DNA of 64,000 bases. It comes from an uncultured delta proteobacterium (GTDB lineage: Bacteria > Desulfobacterota > Binatia > Binatales > Binataceae). The DNA lies in NCBI GenBank assembly GCA_963815835.1, contig CAWFIF010000001.1:1571479-1635478 (forward strand), written 5' to 3'. A model generated the notes under the pieces. That model made no database searches. It saw nothing but the letters and a program-made list of their open reading frames with translations, and was not told where the DNA came from. The position numbers were made by a program, and so were the translations under genes. Below are positions 1-9,558 of the stretch, piece after piece. How positions within the stretch are numbered: position 1 is the first letter of the stretch; each line of letters begins with the position of its first letter.

Positions 1-108
1 CTGAATGAGGACGAGCGCGTCAAAATTCTCGGCCTCAACGCGGCTCGGATGTTCAACTTCGACGTTGACCGATTGTTAGCATACCGCAAGGAGCAGCCGG
101 CCAACTGA
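1..108 (+). CDS. C-terminal end of an amidohydrolase-family protein (partial, 5' end outside window)
   Basis: Frame 1 translates to ...LNEDERVKILGLNAARMFNFDVDRLLAYRKEQPAN*, resembling the C-terminal helix of amidohydrolase-2 family enzymes. Only 35 codons are visible. Confidence 0.35.
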   Translation: MNEDERVKILGLNAARMFNFDVDRLLAYRKEQPAN

Positions 109-117
109 AGCGCGTCC

Positions 118-933
118 TCAGGCTTTGTTGAAGATTCGCGCGTAGGTCTTTTGCGTAGCCGCAGCCAGATCCTGCGCTTTTCTTCGTTCCTCCGGCGTCG
201 CCATTTCGGCGATCATCTTCCGCTCCAGCGCGAGTCCGTCCTTAAGAGGAAGCTCGACGCCGCGATTGATCAGGGCCTTGGCGGTCTTGAGCGCATACGC
301 GGCGCGCTCGATATAGACGCCGGCGATCTTTTCGCATTCGGGAATCAGCTCCGCGGCAGGAACCATCTTATTAACCAAACCGATCCGCAGTGCGTCCTCG
401 GCGGTGTAAGGCAGGCCGCTGAAGATCATTTCCTTGGCGATACCCGTACCGACCAGCCGCGGCAGTCGCTGCGTTCCGCCGCCTGCCGGCAACGCGCCGA
501 AGCGAATTTCCGGAAGGCCGATCGCCGCGGTGTCAGCGATTACGCGGATATCGCACGCCAACGCGATCTCGCATCCTCCGCCCATCGCCGCGCCATTGAT
601 CGCGGCGATCACCGGCACGCGCGATTCTTCCAGCGCGCTGAACAGGTCGCGCCGCGGCGAAACAAAATCGCCCCCGCTCGGGCGCTCGCCGTGGCTCTTC
701 GCTTCACGGGCGCGCTCCGCGAAATCGCGCAGATCGGCGCCCCCGCAGAAATGCTTTCCGCCGGCGCCGGTCACTATCACGACGCGGAACTCGGGATCCT
801 TCTCGACCTCGTCCATCGCGTTCACCACATCGATCATCAGCTGAAAACTGATCGTGTTGGCGCGCTCGGGGCGATTGAGAGTGAGGTAACCGATCCCGTT
901 CTTACGCTCGAGAATTACGGTCTCGTATTTCAC
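118..933 (-). CDS. Enoyl-CoA hydratase/isomerase (crotonase family)
   Basis: 293-aa ORF with a crotonase fold: ...VIVTGAGGKHFCGGADL..., oxyanion-hole region ...AAINGAAMGGGCEIALACDIRV... A GTG start near 933 avoids overlap with the upstream SDR gene. An alternative ATG at 999 would overlap it. Confidence 0.8.
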   Translation of the reverse strand: MKYETVILERKNGIGYLTLNRPERANTISFQLMIDVVNAMDEVEKDPEFRVVIVTGAGGKHFCGGADLRDFAERAREAKSHGERPSGGDFVSPRRDLFSALEESRVPVIAAINGAAMGGGCEIALACDIRVIADTAAIGLPEIRFGALPAGGGTQRLPRLVGTGIAKEMIFSGLPYTAEDALRIGLVNKMVPAAELIPECEKIAGVYIERAAYALKTAKALINRGVELPLKDGLALERKMIAEMATPEERRKAQDLAAATQKTYARIFNKA

Positions 934-944
934 GCGATTTTCCC

Positions 945-1736
945 CTACAGCGCGAACGAATAGCCGCCGTTTACCGGAATGGTTTGGCCGGTGATCCATT
1001 CCGATGCGTCCGAACTGAGAAACAGGATCATGTTGGCCGCGTCCTCGGGCTCACCCAGCCGCTTGATTTGGTAGACCTTGAGAATCCGTTTGCGTGCTTC
1101 CTCGTTGGCCATCTGCGGTGCGACCGCTGGCGTCATGGTCGTGCCGAGGGCGACGCAGTTGGCGGTGATAGATTGCCGCCCGAGCTGTTTTGCCATCGCG
1201 CGCATGAAACCCGCCGCGCCCGCCTTCGCCGCCGAATAAATTTCGAGAAAGGGTTCGCCGACTCGGCCCGCATCTGAAATTACGGTGACGATCTTGCCGT
1301 ACTTCTTCGCGATCATCGCGGGCCCGGCCGCGCGTATGCAGTTGATCACGCCGTAGAGATTGGTGGCCATGAAAGGGTCCCAGTCCTTCGGCTCCTGTTC
1401 CCAGAACGGTTTGCGCGCGACCCGGCTCGGATCGGGACCCGCGTTGCCGGCATTGTTGACGAGGATATCGACGCCGCCGAACTTCGCCTTGGCCTTGTCG
1501 AACATCGCGACGACGGCGGCGAAGTCTGTCACATCGCATTGCGCGGGTAGCGCTTTGACGCCGAGCTTTTCGACTTCCGCCGCGACCGCTTCGGCCCGCT
1601 CAAGGCGGAAATCGTTGACCACCACGCCGCCGGCATTGTTTTCCGCGAAACGCAGCGCGACCGAACGGCCAACGCCCTGCCCCGCACCGGTCACTAATCC
1701 GATGCGACCTTTCAGATCGAGAATGTTGGTACTCAA
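945..1736 (-). CDS. Short-chain dehydrogenase/reductase (SDR) family oxidoreductase
   Basis: 263 aa with a TGAGQGVGR glycine-rich NAD(P)-binding motif, NNAG, and catalytic YSAAK (YxxxK). Length is typical for a 3-oxoacyl-ACP-reductase-like SDR. Confidence 0.85.
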   Translation of the reverse strand: MSTNILDLKGRIGLVTGAGQGVGRSVALRFAENNAGGVVVNDFRLERAEAVAAEVEKLGVKALPAQCDVTDFAAVVAMFDKAKAKFGGVDILVNNAGNAGPDPSRVARKPFWEQEPKDWDPFMATNLYGVINCIRAAGPAMIAKKYGKIVTVISDAGRVGEPFLEIYSAAKAGAAGFMRAMAKQLGRQSITANCVALGTTMTPAVAPQMANEEARKRILKVYQIKRLGEPEDAANMILFLSSDASEWITGQTIPVNGGYSFAL

Positions 1737-1754
1737 AGTATCCTCCTTGCGATG

Positions 1755-2967
1755 TCAAACGAGCACGCCGGCTTCGGCGAGCTGCGCGATTTCAGCTTTC
1801 GACAGACGACAGATCGCTTCGAGAATTTCCTGCGTATGTTCTCCGATGCGCGGACCGCGCCGAGTCTCGGGCAACGGCGTGCGATCGAGCGCGCATCGCG
1901 GACCTTCGATCTCAGCTTCGCCGATAACAGTATCGGTGAATTTCTTGAAATGTCCGAGATGATGCAGGTCCGCATCGCGCCCGAGGTCGTCGCCGCGGCT
2001 GACGATGTGCGCGGGAATGCCTGCCGACTGCAGCATCGACTCGATCGCGTCGGATTCCTGGTCGCTGGTCCAAGCCGAAATCGCTGAATCGATCGCGACT
2101 CGATTGCGTATGCGGCCAAGTACAGTAGCGAATCGCGATTCGCGCAGCGCACCGCCGATGATGTTGCGCAGCGCTTTCCAGTGCGGCGAGTCACTCGCGC
2201 TGATCGCGACCCATCGATCCTCGCCAGCGCATCGATAGACGCCGTCGGGCACGCGCAGCGGCGATCCCGCGACGCCTCGGCGCTCGGGAATTTTTCCATT
2301 CGCCGCAAATTCGTAATACGCGGGCATCATGAACTGCACGCCGGCCTCAGCCTGCGCGACATCTATATAGCAACCCTCGCCGGTGCGGGTGCGGCGATGC
2401 AGCGCAGCCAGGATGCTCGCCACGATGAAGCGCGGCGCGACGCCGTCGGTCCACGGTCCAAACGGTCCGCATGGCGGCCGGTCAGGCCATCCGAATTGAT
2501 AGGTCGCACCCGACATCGCTGCGCCCATCGTGCCGACACCGCTGGTTCCTTTCGCATCGGGACCGGTCTGCCCGAGGATGGCGGTCGACGCCATGATGAC
2601 CTTCGGATTGCGGCCGCTGAGTTCGCGATAGCCGAGCCGCAATTCGTCGAGCACGCCGGGCGTGAAGCTCTCGAGCACCACATCGGCCCAATCCGCCAGG
2701 CGCATCACCAGTTCGCGTCCCTCGGGCTTGCGAATGTCGAGCGTGATGCATCGCTTGCCGGCGTTGAGGTTGTGATAACTCACCGAACGTTCCGGACCCG
2801 AGCGTCCGTCCTTGAACGGGCCGAGCGTGCGCACGCGGATCGATGCGGCGCGAGCTTTCAACCTTGATGACATCTGCGCCGAGATCAGCAAGATAGCGCC
2901 CGCTCACCGGGCCGACCATCACCCAACTCAGATCGAGGACGTGAATTCCATCGAGCGGCGCCGTCAT
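1755..2967 (-). pseudogene. CoA-transferase family III (CaiB/BaiF) gene interrupted by a frameshift near 2825
   Basis: The N-terminus MTAPLDGIHVLDLSWVMVGPVSGRYLADLGADVIKVES is in one frame (ORF 2482..2967). The rest of the family-III fold (..RTLGPFKDG..NLNAGKRCITLDIRKPEGRELVMRLADWADVVLESFTPGV.. to C-terminus) is in a second frame (ORF 1755..2891). The two frames switch between about 2815 and 2835. Confidence 0.6.
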
Positions 2968-2976
2968 TCTCGTCTC

Positions 2977-4197
2977 CTAAATGACTCCATGCGCGAACAG
3001 CGCCTGGATTTCGATTCGCGAAAGTCCGAGGTCAGCTTCGAGGATCTCGACCGTATGCTCCGATAGCATCGGCGCGGGCCTGCGCATTTCTATGGAGAAA
3101 TTCGAGAACTGCGCGAAGCGCGAAGGCACTTCGATCTCGCGCTCGGGTGCAACCGCGACCGAGGTAAACAATCCGCGCTCGCGATACTGCGCGGACTCGG
3201 CAACATCTTTCATGCTGAAAACGGGAGAAGCGAGCAATCCCAGCTTGCGTGCGGCTGCGCCAAACTCCGCTTTGGTCTTGTGTCGGGTAAGAGATTTCAA
3301 GCCCTCGACCAGCGCGCCGAGATCAGAGGGCGATACTTTCTTCTGCGAGAGGTCGCTCAAGAAAGACGGCCAGCTAATCTCCGCGATGTTTCGCGCGAGG
3401 GGATTTTCGTCCGCCGCCCATTTTGCCAGCCGCTGCGTCATCTGGCCGAACACCGGTCCGAAGGCGACGGTGATCATCACGAAGCCGTCGGCGCATTCAT
3501 ACATGCTCGGAACCTGCACGCCGGCGATCGTCATCGCGCCGTAATTGCGTTTCGTCTCCGGATTGCCCGAAGGCGGCCCGAGATGCTGACTCATCGCGCT
3601 CATCATGGCGGCTATGCGCCCCGACACATGACCGCTTTGACCGAGGCCGTCGCGATCGCGCGCCGCAATGCCAGCCAGCGCAGCAATCGCGGCGTCGGAA
3701 CCGGTTTCCATCATCGCTTGCGGTATCGGGAAAAAGAGCGGCGGCCGATCCGGATCGCCGGTAACGCCGGGCGCGCCGCTCGCGCCCATCACGGTGAGAT
3801 CCGACGATGCATAAGCACTCTTCGGACCGCTGTGCCCAAACGGCGCAATGCGAATCCTCACCATCTTTTCGGGAATCGTGAAATCGTCGAGTGGCGCGAC
3901 GCCATTGCTTGTCGAGTCGAATGCGACATCGAACTTCGGGAGCAGACCGGCGAGCAGCTCGCGTGAATCAACGCTATGCATATCGAGCGTGATGCCGCGT
4001 TTGTTGCGATTGAGCGCGTGCCAGGTGAGGCTCCGCTCGAGGCCGGGAATCTCGTTGAGGAAAGGTTCCATTCTGCGTCCCGCCGAGCCGGTTAGCGGCT
4101 CGACCACGACGACGTCAGCGCCTAGCGCGGCGAGAACGTTTCCGGCCTGCATAGTTTCGGGCGCCGAGATCTCGAGGACGCGAATGTCGCTAAGCAT
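2977..4197 (-). CDS. CoA-transferase family III (CaiB/BaiF) protein, intact paralog
   Basis: 406 aa. N-terminus is MLSDIRVLEISAPETMQAGNVLAALGADVVVVEP, followed by ..ALNRNKRGITLDM.. and a conserved C-terminal region. Confidence 0.8.
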   Translation of the reverse strand: MLSDIRVLEISAPETMQAGNVLAALGADVVVVEPLTGSAGRRMEPFLNEIPGLERSLTWHALNRNKRGITLDMHSVDSRELLAGLLPKFDVAFDSTSNGVAPLDDFTIPEKMVRIRIAPFGHSGPKSAYASSDLTVMGASGAPGVTGDPDRPPLFFPIPQAMMETGSDAAIAALAGIAARDRDGLGQSGHVSGRIAAMMSAMSQHLGPPSGNPETKRNYGAMTIAGVQVPSMYECADGFVMITVAFGPVFGQMTQRLAKWAADENPLARNIAEISWPSFLSDLSQKKVSPSDLGALVEGLKSLTRHKTKAEFGAAARKLGLLASPVFSMKDVAESAQYRERGLFTSVAVAPEREIEVPSRFAQFSNFSIEMRRPAPMLSEHTVEILEADLGLSRIEIQALFAHGVI

Positions 4198-4316
4198 CGC
4201 GCCCGCTCCATTGAGCGCGGCATCGCTCCGACAGGGTGAATCTGGTTTCCGGCATTTTGGTTGACTAACAATTGCGTTACCCTACGCGGGAACTCAAGCG
4301 CGATGAGAGGTCGAAC

Positions 4317-4742
4317 ATGCCCGATCAGGTACTGGCCCAGCCGGCGCTGTACACCGCGGAAGAGGCGCCGAAGCTCAACGGAGGCCGCTGCAAGAGTTGC
4401 GGCTACGTGTTCTTTCCGCCGCAGAGTTACGGGTGCGAATTCTGCGGCGCGTTTTCCGATCAGCTCGAACCAGTCGCCCTCATAGGAGCCGGCACACTCC
4501 ATTCATTTGCCACCGTGCATCTCCATCAGGATCGCAGCAGCGGGGGGTTGAAGGCGCCCTTCACGGTGGGCGTGATCGTTCTCGACGATGGTCCCGCGGT
4601 GCGTTCGATTCTGACCGTGCCCACCGATGAAGGACTTCGCATCGGCGACCGGATGCATTCGGTGCTCGCTCCGGCCGGCGTCAACGATGAAGGAAAACAG
4701 ATTGTAGAGCTTCGCTTCGCGAAGACGGAGGCGTCGCGATGA
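4317..4742 (+). CDS. DUF35 OB-fold/zinc-ribbon protein (thiolase partner subunit)
   Basis: Carries a CKSCGYVFFPPQSYGCEFCG rubredoxin-like zinc ribbon, then an OB-fold region. Its stop overlaps the ATG of the downstream thiolase (ATGA at 4739). The predicted start is an internal Met of ORF 4272..4742. Confidence 0.7.
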   Translation: MPDQVLAQPALYTAEEAPKLNGGRCKSCGYVFFPPQSYGCEFCGAFSDQLEPVALIGAGTLHSFATVHLHQDRSSGGLKAPFTVGVIVLDDGPAVRSILTVPTDEGLRIGDRMHSVLAPAGVNDEGKQIVELRFAKTEASR

Positions 4743-5890
4743 AGAAAACCATCCGCGATATGCGTCCCGTGTACGTGGTCGGGATCGGCCTGCACAAGTA
4801 TCAGTACTTGAGCGAGACCACTTTCGTGACGCTCGGCCTCACTGCGGTGCGCGAGGCGCTGCGCGACGCGGGAATCGAGTGGCGCGCCGTTGAATCCGCG
4901 TACACCGGCACCGCGCTGATCGGGATGGCGGTGTCGCGTCCGATGTTGCGTCATCTTGGTGCGAGCGGGATTCCGATGGCGCAGGTTGAAAACGCATCGG
5001 CCTCGGGTTCGACCGCGTTTCGCCAGGCGTGCCTCGATGTCGCAAGCGGAATCAGCGACGTGGCGTTGGCGGTCGGCGTCAACAAACCCGCAATCCCAAG
5101 CATCGCCGCCGGCAAGACCAACATCCGCGATTTGGTTGGGTCTCGGGTGGTTCCCTTCACGCACTTCGCGTTGCTCGCGAATGAGTACATGAATCGCTAC
5201 GGAGTGAAGCCCGAGCAGGTGGCGGCAGTAGCGGTGAAGAACAATCGTAACGGCGCGCGCAATCCCTACGCGCAGCGCCAAAAGGCGGTGACGCTGGAGG
5301 AAGTGATGGCGGGTCCGCCGATTTCCGGCAGCCTGACGCGGCTGCAATGCTGTCCGGTGGGCGAGGGCGCTGCCGCTTTGATCGTCGCGTCGGAAGATGC
5401 GATCGCGAAGCTCGGAATCGATCGGTCGCGGGCGGCGAAAGTGATCGCGTCGGTGACGCGCACCGAGCGCGTCTATCGCGGAGCGAAAAACTTCGACGCC
5501 GAGCTTACGCGGGAAACCGTCGCGCAGGCATATGAGGAAGCTGCGATTGGTCCCAAGGACCTCGATCTCATCGAGTTGCATGACGCATTCACGATCGAAG
5601 AGTTGCTCTACGTCGAGGCGATGGGACTTTGCGGCGAGGGTGAGGGGGCGGCGATGATTGGCAGCGGCGCGACCGATATCGGCGGCAAATGCGCGATCAG
5701 CGCGTCGGGCGGATTGCTCGCGATGGGTCATCCTATCGGTCCCACCGGCGTTGGTCAGATCGCAGAGATCACGCGGCAGCTTCGCGGCGAGGCCGGTGTG
5801 CGGCAACATCCTAACGCGAGAGTCGGGCTGGCTCACATGGTAGGCGTCGGCGCGGTGTGCGTCGTACACGTTCTGCAAAAGGCGGCGTGA
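4739..5890 (+). CDS. Thiolase-like protein (SCP-x / nonspecific lipid-transfer type, Ltp-like)
   Basis: 383-aa thiolase fold with the active-site region ..VENASASGSTAF.. and ..CAISASGGLLAMGHPIGPTGVGQIAEI... It is paired with a DUF35 protein, as in aldolase/thiolase heterocomplexes. Confidence 0.8.
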   Translation: MKKTIRDMRPVYVVGIGLHKYQYLSETTFVTLGLTAVREALRDAGIEWRAVESAYTGTALIGMAVSRPMLRHLGASGIPMAQVENASASGSTAFRQACLDVASGISDVALAVGVNKPAIPSIAAGKTNIRDLVGSRVVPFTHFALLANEYMNRYGVKPEQVAAVAVKNNRNGARNPYAQRQKAVTLEEVMAGPPISGSLTRLQCCPVGEGAAALIVASEDAIAKLGIDRSRAAKVIASVTRTERVYRGAKNFDAELTRETVAQAYEEAAIGPKDLDLIELHDAFTIEELLYVEAMGLCGEGEGAAMIGSGATDIGGKCAISASGGLLAMGHPIGPTGVGQIAEITRQLRGEAGVRQHPNARVGLAHMVGVGAVCVVHVLQKAA

Positions 5891-6873
5891 TGAACAGTCG
5901 GCGCCTGCCAGAGAAGATCGCGCGACGGCTGAGGCTTCCGCTGATCGCCGCTCCGATGCTCGCCGTATCGGGTCCAGACCTCGCGATCACCGCATCCATC
6001 AACGGCGTGATCGGGGCGTTTCCGGTTGCCAACGCGCGCAGCATCGACACGCTCGATGCGTGGCTGACGAAGATCGCGGGCGCACTCGATCTCGCAGCGC
6101 GCGAAAATCCCGACCGGCCGCCCGCGCCGTTTTGCCCCAACCTGATCATCAAGCGCGCCGAGATGAGATTGGAACTCGCGTGCCTGCTGCGCCATCGCAT
6201 TGAGATGGTGATCACGAGCGTCGGTTCTCCGACCGAGGCGATCGGACCGCTGCATGACATGGGATGCACAGTTTTCGCGGACGTCGCGACGATTCGGCAT
6301 ACGGAGAAAGCGATCGCGGCGGGTGTCGATGGATTGGTGCTCCTCACCGCGGGCGCAGGCGGGCAAACCGGATGGCTCAATCCGCTCGCCTTCGTGCGCG
6401 CGGCGCGGCAGATGTTCGAAGGCCCCATCGTGCTGGCGGGCGGCATCAGCGACGGCGCCGCATTGTGGGCGGCGGAAGTGCTCGGGTGCGACCTCGCTTA
6501 CATGGGCACGAAGTTCATCGCGACGAATGAGAGCATGGCGCCTGACGCATACAAGCGGATGCTGGTCGAGTCGAACATGGACGACGTGATGTTGACCCAG
6601 GCATTCACCGGACTCGATACCAACATGCTGACGCCCTCGATGATCGCGGCGGGGCTCGATCCGAGGATCTTGCCGCCGCGCGTTTCGATTGAAGAGGCGG
6701 CGCGGAACTTCGGCAGCAAGGGCGAGATGAATGCGCCGCGCAGATACAAGGACATCTGGAGCGCGGGGCATTCGGTATCAGGGGTGACGCGCGTGCAAAG
6801 CGCCGCGGGACTCATCGAGCAGACGATTCGCGAATACGAGGAGGCGCGCCATCGCACGCGCGCCATACTGTAG
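5890..6873 (+). CDS. Nitronate monooxygenase / 2-nitropropane dioxygenase family (NMO, FMN-dependent)
   Basis: N-terminal ..LPLIAAPMLAVSGPDLAITASINGVIGAF.. and ..GGISDGAALWAAEVLGCDLAYMGTKFIAT.. are typical of the NMO/FabK TIM-barrel. The ATG overlaps the thiolase stop (TGATG). Confidence 0.75.
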   Translation: MNSRRLPEKIARRLRLPLIAAPMLAVSGPDLAITASINGVIGAFPVANARSIDTLDAWLTKIAGALDLAARENPDRPPAPFCPNLIIKRAEMRLELACLLRHRIEMVITSVGSPTEAIGPLHDMGCTVFADVATIRHTEKAIAAGVDGLVLLTAGAGGQTGWLNPLAFVRAARQMFEGPIVLAGGISDGAALWAAEVLGCDLAYMGTKFIATNESMAPDAYKRMLVESNMDDVMLTQAFTGLDTNMLTPSMIAAGLDPRILPPRVSIEEAARNFGSKGEMNAPRRYKDIWSAGHSVSGVTRVQSAAGLIEQTIREYEEARHRTRAIL

Positions 6874-6933
6874 CCCCGCGCAGATCCGTCGATTCGCGGC
6901 TGCACGCTTCGTAAGATGTTGTAGAGCCATCTC

Positions 6934-8151
6934 ATGAAGCATCTCATCGCGGCGGCCGTATTCATCGGCCTGCAGTTAACATCAAGTCAGCCGGCGCGTG
7001 CGCAAAGCAATGCATGTAGCGGAATGACAGTCGGAAAGCTGACGAGCCTCAACGGGTTTGTGCCGTTCTCGCCGAGCAGCTTGTGGAATACCGACATATC
7101 GAATGCTCCGGTCAACGCGAATTCCGCCAGCCTCATCGATTACATTGGCGCGAACCTGACGCTGCATCCGAATTTTGGCTCCGGCGATTACGACCGCCAA
7201 TCTATCGGCATCCCGTATCAGATCGTCCCTGGCGCGCAGAAAAAGGTGACGGTGAAGCTGACGGCCTACGGTGACGAGAGCGATCCCGGACCGATGCCGG
7301 TTCCATCGACTGCGCCAATCGAGGGCTATCCTAAGCCTGGTAACGGCGACCGCCACGTACTGGTCCTCGACAAGGACGGATGCTGGCTCTACGAGCTGTA
7401 CCATTCATTTCGGCGCAGCGGTGGCGCGTGGAGTGCCGATTCCACTGCTATCTGGGACATGACGATTGACGAACGACGTCCTTATACCTGGACCTCGGCG
7501 GACGCCGCCGGTCTGCCGATTTTCGCGGGACTGGCGAAATATGATGAGGTCGCGGCTGGCACGATCAATCACGCTTTGCGATTCACTGTGCCGGTGACGC
7601 GCCAGGCCTTCACGCCGCCCGCATCGCACTGGGCTTCTTCCGTTGATGATCCCAACGCGCCGCCGATGGGGATGCGCCTGCGTCTGAGAGCGAGTTTCGA
7701 CATCACTTCTTTCTCGGCCGCCAATCAGGTGATCCTCACCGGACTGAAGAAGTACGGCATGATTCTCGCCGACAACGGGAGCGGCATTTTTATCAGCGGC
7801 GCGCCCGACAGCCGCTGGAACAACGACGACCTCGGCAAGTTGAAGACGATTACCGCGTCCGACTTCGAGGTCGTCGCGATGGAGGTGGTTTATACAGATG
7901 ACAACATCCCGACTGGCGCGGCTCCGACGATCAGCAGCTTCACCGCAAGTCAGTTGTCCGTCGCACGCGGAAAGCCGATTACGTTGAGTTGGACGATCAG
8001 CGACGCCATCTACAACGTCATCTCGCCGGCGGTCGGCCCGGTGCGTGGCGACAGCGTCATCGTAAATCCCTCATCGAAGACGACCTACACGCTGTACTCA
8101 ACCAACCAGTATGGGCGAACGACCGCGAGCGTAACGATCAAGGTTCATTAA
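6934..8151 (+). CDS. Secreted hypothetical protein (signal peptide, C-terminal Ig-like region)
   Basis: N-terminus MKHLIAAAVFIGLQLTSSQPARA/QS is a classic Sec signal peptide. No recognisable catalytic motifs. The protein is 405 aa. Confidence 0.5.
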   Translation: MKHLIAAAVFIGLQLTSSQPARAQSNACSGMTVGKLTSLNGFVPFSPSSLWNTDISNAPVNANSASLIDYIGANLTLHPNFGSGDYDRQSIGIPYQIVPGAQKKVTVKLTAYGDESDPGPMPVPSTAPIEGYPKPGNGDRHVLVLDKDGCWLYELYHSFRRSGGAWSADSTAIWDMTIDERRPYTWTSADAAGLPIFAGLAKYDEVAAGTINHALRFTVPVTRQAFTPPASHWASSVDDPNAPPMGMRLRLRASFDITSFSAANQVILTGLKKYGMILADNGSGIFISGAPDSRWNNDDLGKLKTITASDFEVVAMEVVYTDDNIPTGAAPTISSFTASQLSVARGKPITLSWTISDAIYNVISPAVGPVRGDSVIVNPSSKTTYTLYSTNQYGRTTASVTIKVH

Positions 8152-9286
8152 GAGCCGAGGCCTTTCGCTGGGAGAGAAGGCGGGGCGCGTCGCGCGTCAG
8201 GCGACGGCTGTTCCTGGCGTCGCGATAAACCAGTTCGGTGCCGGCTCCCGAGTCATTCAGCGCAGCCTCAACCGCCTCGCGATGCGAGGACAAGCGGCAG
8301 ATCGGATCCGCCTCGGCCGCATTTCCCGCGAGCATGAAAGCCTGGCATCGGCATCCGCCGAAGTCGATATCTTTGCGTGCACAACTGCGGCATGGCTCGA
8401 GCATCCAACCATCGCCGCGAAATGTATTCAGGCCGGGCGAATCGCGCCAGATCTTCGCGAGTGAGTTATCGCGCACAGTTTCGAAGCGCAGCCCGGGAAT
8501 CACCTTGGCGGCGTGACACGGCAGCACTTCGCCCGCGGGATTGATGCACATGTAGCTGCGGCCCCATCCGCCCATGCACGGCTTCGGCTCACCTGAGAGA
8601 TAATCGTTTTGCACGAACACGATTTCGAGCTTTCCGCGATACGTCGGTATCGCTTCGAGCGCGATTTCCTCGGCATGAAGATATTGCTCTCGCGTCGGCA
8701 TCAGCGCGCGGCGATTCTCTGCTCCCCACGCGTAGAACTGGGTGTTCGCCAATTCGAGACGTTGTGCACCGAGCTCGACCGCGAGACGAATCAGTTCCGG
8801 AATTTCGGCGATATTGAGCCGGTGAATCACGACGTTCAGCGTAAATGGAAAACCGAGGGTGGTGATGAGACGCGCGACCTCGAGTTTCTTGCGATGCGAT
8901 CGCACCCCGGCGACCATTTCAGCATTCGCAATCGAGGCGCCCTGAATGCTCAGTTGAATATGCTCCAGGCCCGCATCGCGAAATCGTCGCAGTTTGTCTC
9001 CGTCGAGTAGCGTGCCGCCGGTTATCAAATTCGTGTACAGGTCGCATGCCCGCGCATGCTCAATGAGCTCGGTGAGATCCTCGCGCAACATCGGCTCGCC
9101 GCCCGAGAGATGCAGTTGCACCACGCCAAGTTCCGCAGCCGCAGAAATGGTGCGGCGCCATTCGGCAGTAGAGAGTTCGTCGCGGGTATGCGCGAAATCG
9201 ACCGGATTGCTGCAGTAAACGCATCGCAGCGGACATCGATAGGTGAGTTCCGCGACGAGCGTGTATGGACGCGGCGCGGGGCTCAT
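8138..9286 (-). CDS. pqqE: PQQ biosynthesis radical-SAM protein PqqE
   Basis: ..RPYTLVAELTYRCPLRCVYCSNPVDFA.. carries the CxxxCxxC radical-SAM motif characteristic of PqqE, with a SPASM-like Cys-rich C-terminus. The ATG overlaps the pqqD stop (ATGA). The start is taken at the internal Met of ORF 8138..9418. Confidence 0.85.
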   Translation of the reverse strand: MSPAPRPYTLVAELTYRCPLRCVYCSNPVDFAHTRDELSTAEWRRTISAAAELGVVQLHLSGGEPMLREDLTELIEHARACDLYTNLITGGTLLDGDKLRRFRDAGLEHIQLSIQGASIANAEMVAGVRSHRKKLEVARLITTLGFPFTLNVVIHRLNIAEIPELIRLAVELGAQRLELANTQFYAWGAENRRALMPTREQYLHAEEIALEAIPTYRGKLEIVFVQNDYLSGEPKPCMGGWGRSYMCINPAGEVLPCHAAKVIPGLRFETVRDNSLAKIWRDSPGLNTFRGDGWMLEPCRSCARKDIDFGGCRCQAFMLAGNAAEADPICRLSSHREAVEAALNDSGAGTELVYRDARNSRRLTRDAPRLLSQRKASALNEP

Positions 9287-9558
9287 TGCAGGAGTCCTCG
9301 CGCGCGAATCGATTCGAGGAAACTCTCCACCTCGTGCCGAAGCACATTGCGATCGGCGCCACGAAATTTGGCCGCCAGACCGTCGATGATTTGATCGATC
9401 GAGCGCTCGCCGTCGCACAGCCGCACGATGGCGGCTCCGGTTTCATTCAGGAGCAGGGCCGCTTCGGGGAACAGAAGCATTTCCTGGTTCGCCACTGAAT
9501 CAAACTTGAGCCGCGCCCTCGATGCGAGCCGCGGTCGCCATGTGCGCTCGGCGTGCAT
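9283..9558 (-). CDS. pqqD: PQQ biosynthesis peptide chaperone PqqD
   Basis: 91 aa. ..QEMLLFPEAALLLNETGAAIVRLCDGERSIDQIIDGLAAKF..VESFLESIRARGLL matches the PqqD fold. The ATG at 9556-9558 overlaps the pqqC stop, and the stop overlaps the pqqE ATG. Confidence 0.7.
   Translation of the reverse strand: MHAERTWRPRLASRARLKFDSVANQEMLLFPEAALLLNETGAAIVRLCDGERSIDQIIDGLAAKFRGADRNVLRHEVESFLESIRARGLLQ

Noticed and set aside
4526-6771. Long antisense ORFs (450 aa at 4526..5878, 312 aa at 5833..6771) opposite the thiolase and NMO genes
   Set aside because: High-GC DNA routinely yields long stop-free antisense frames. Their translations are Arg/Ala/Pro-rich low-complexity sequences with no motifs, whereas the sense-strand products have clear family signatures.
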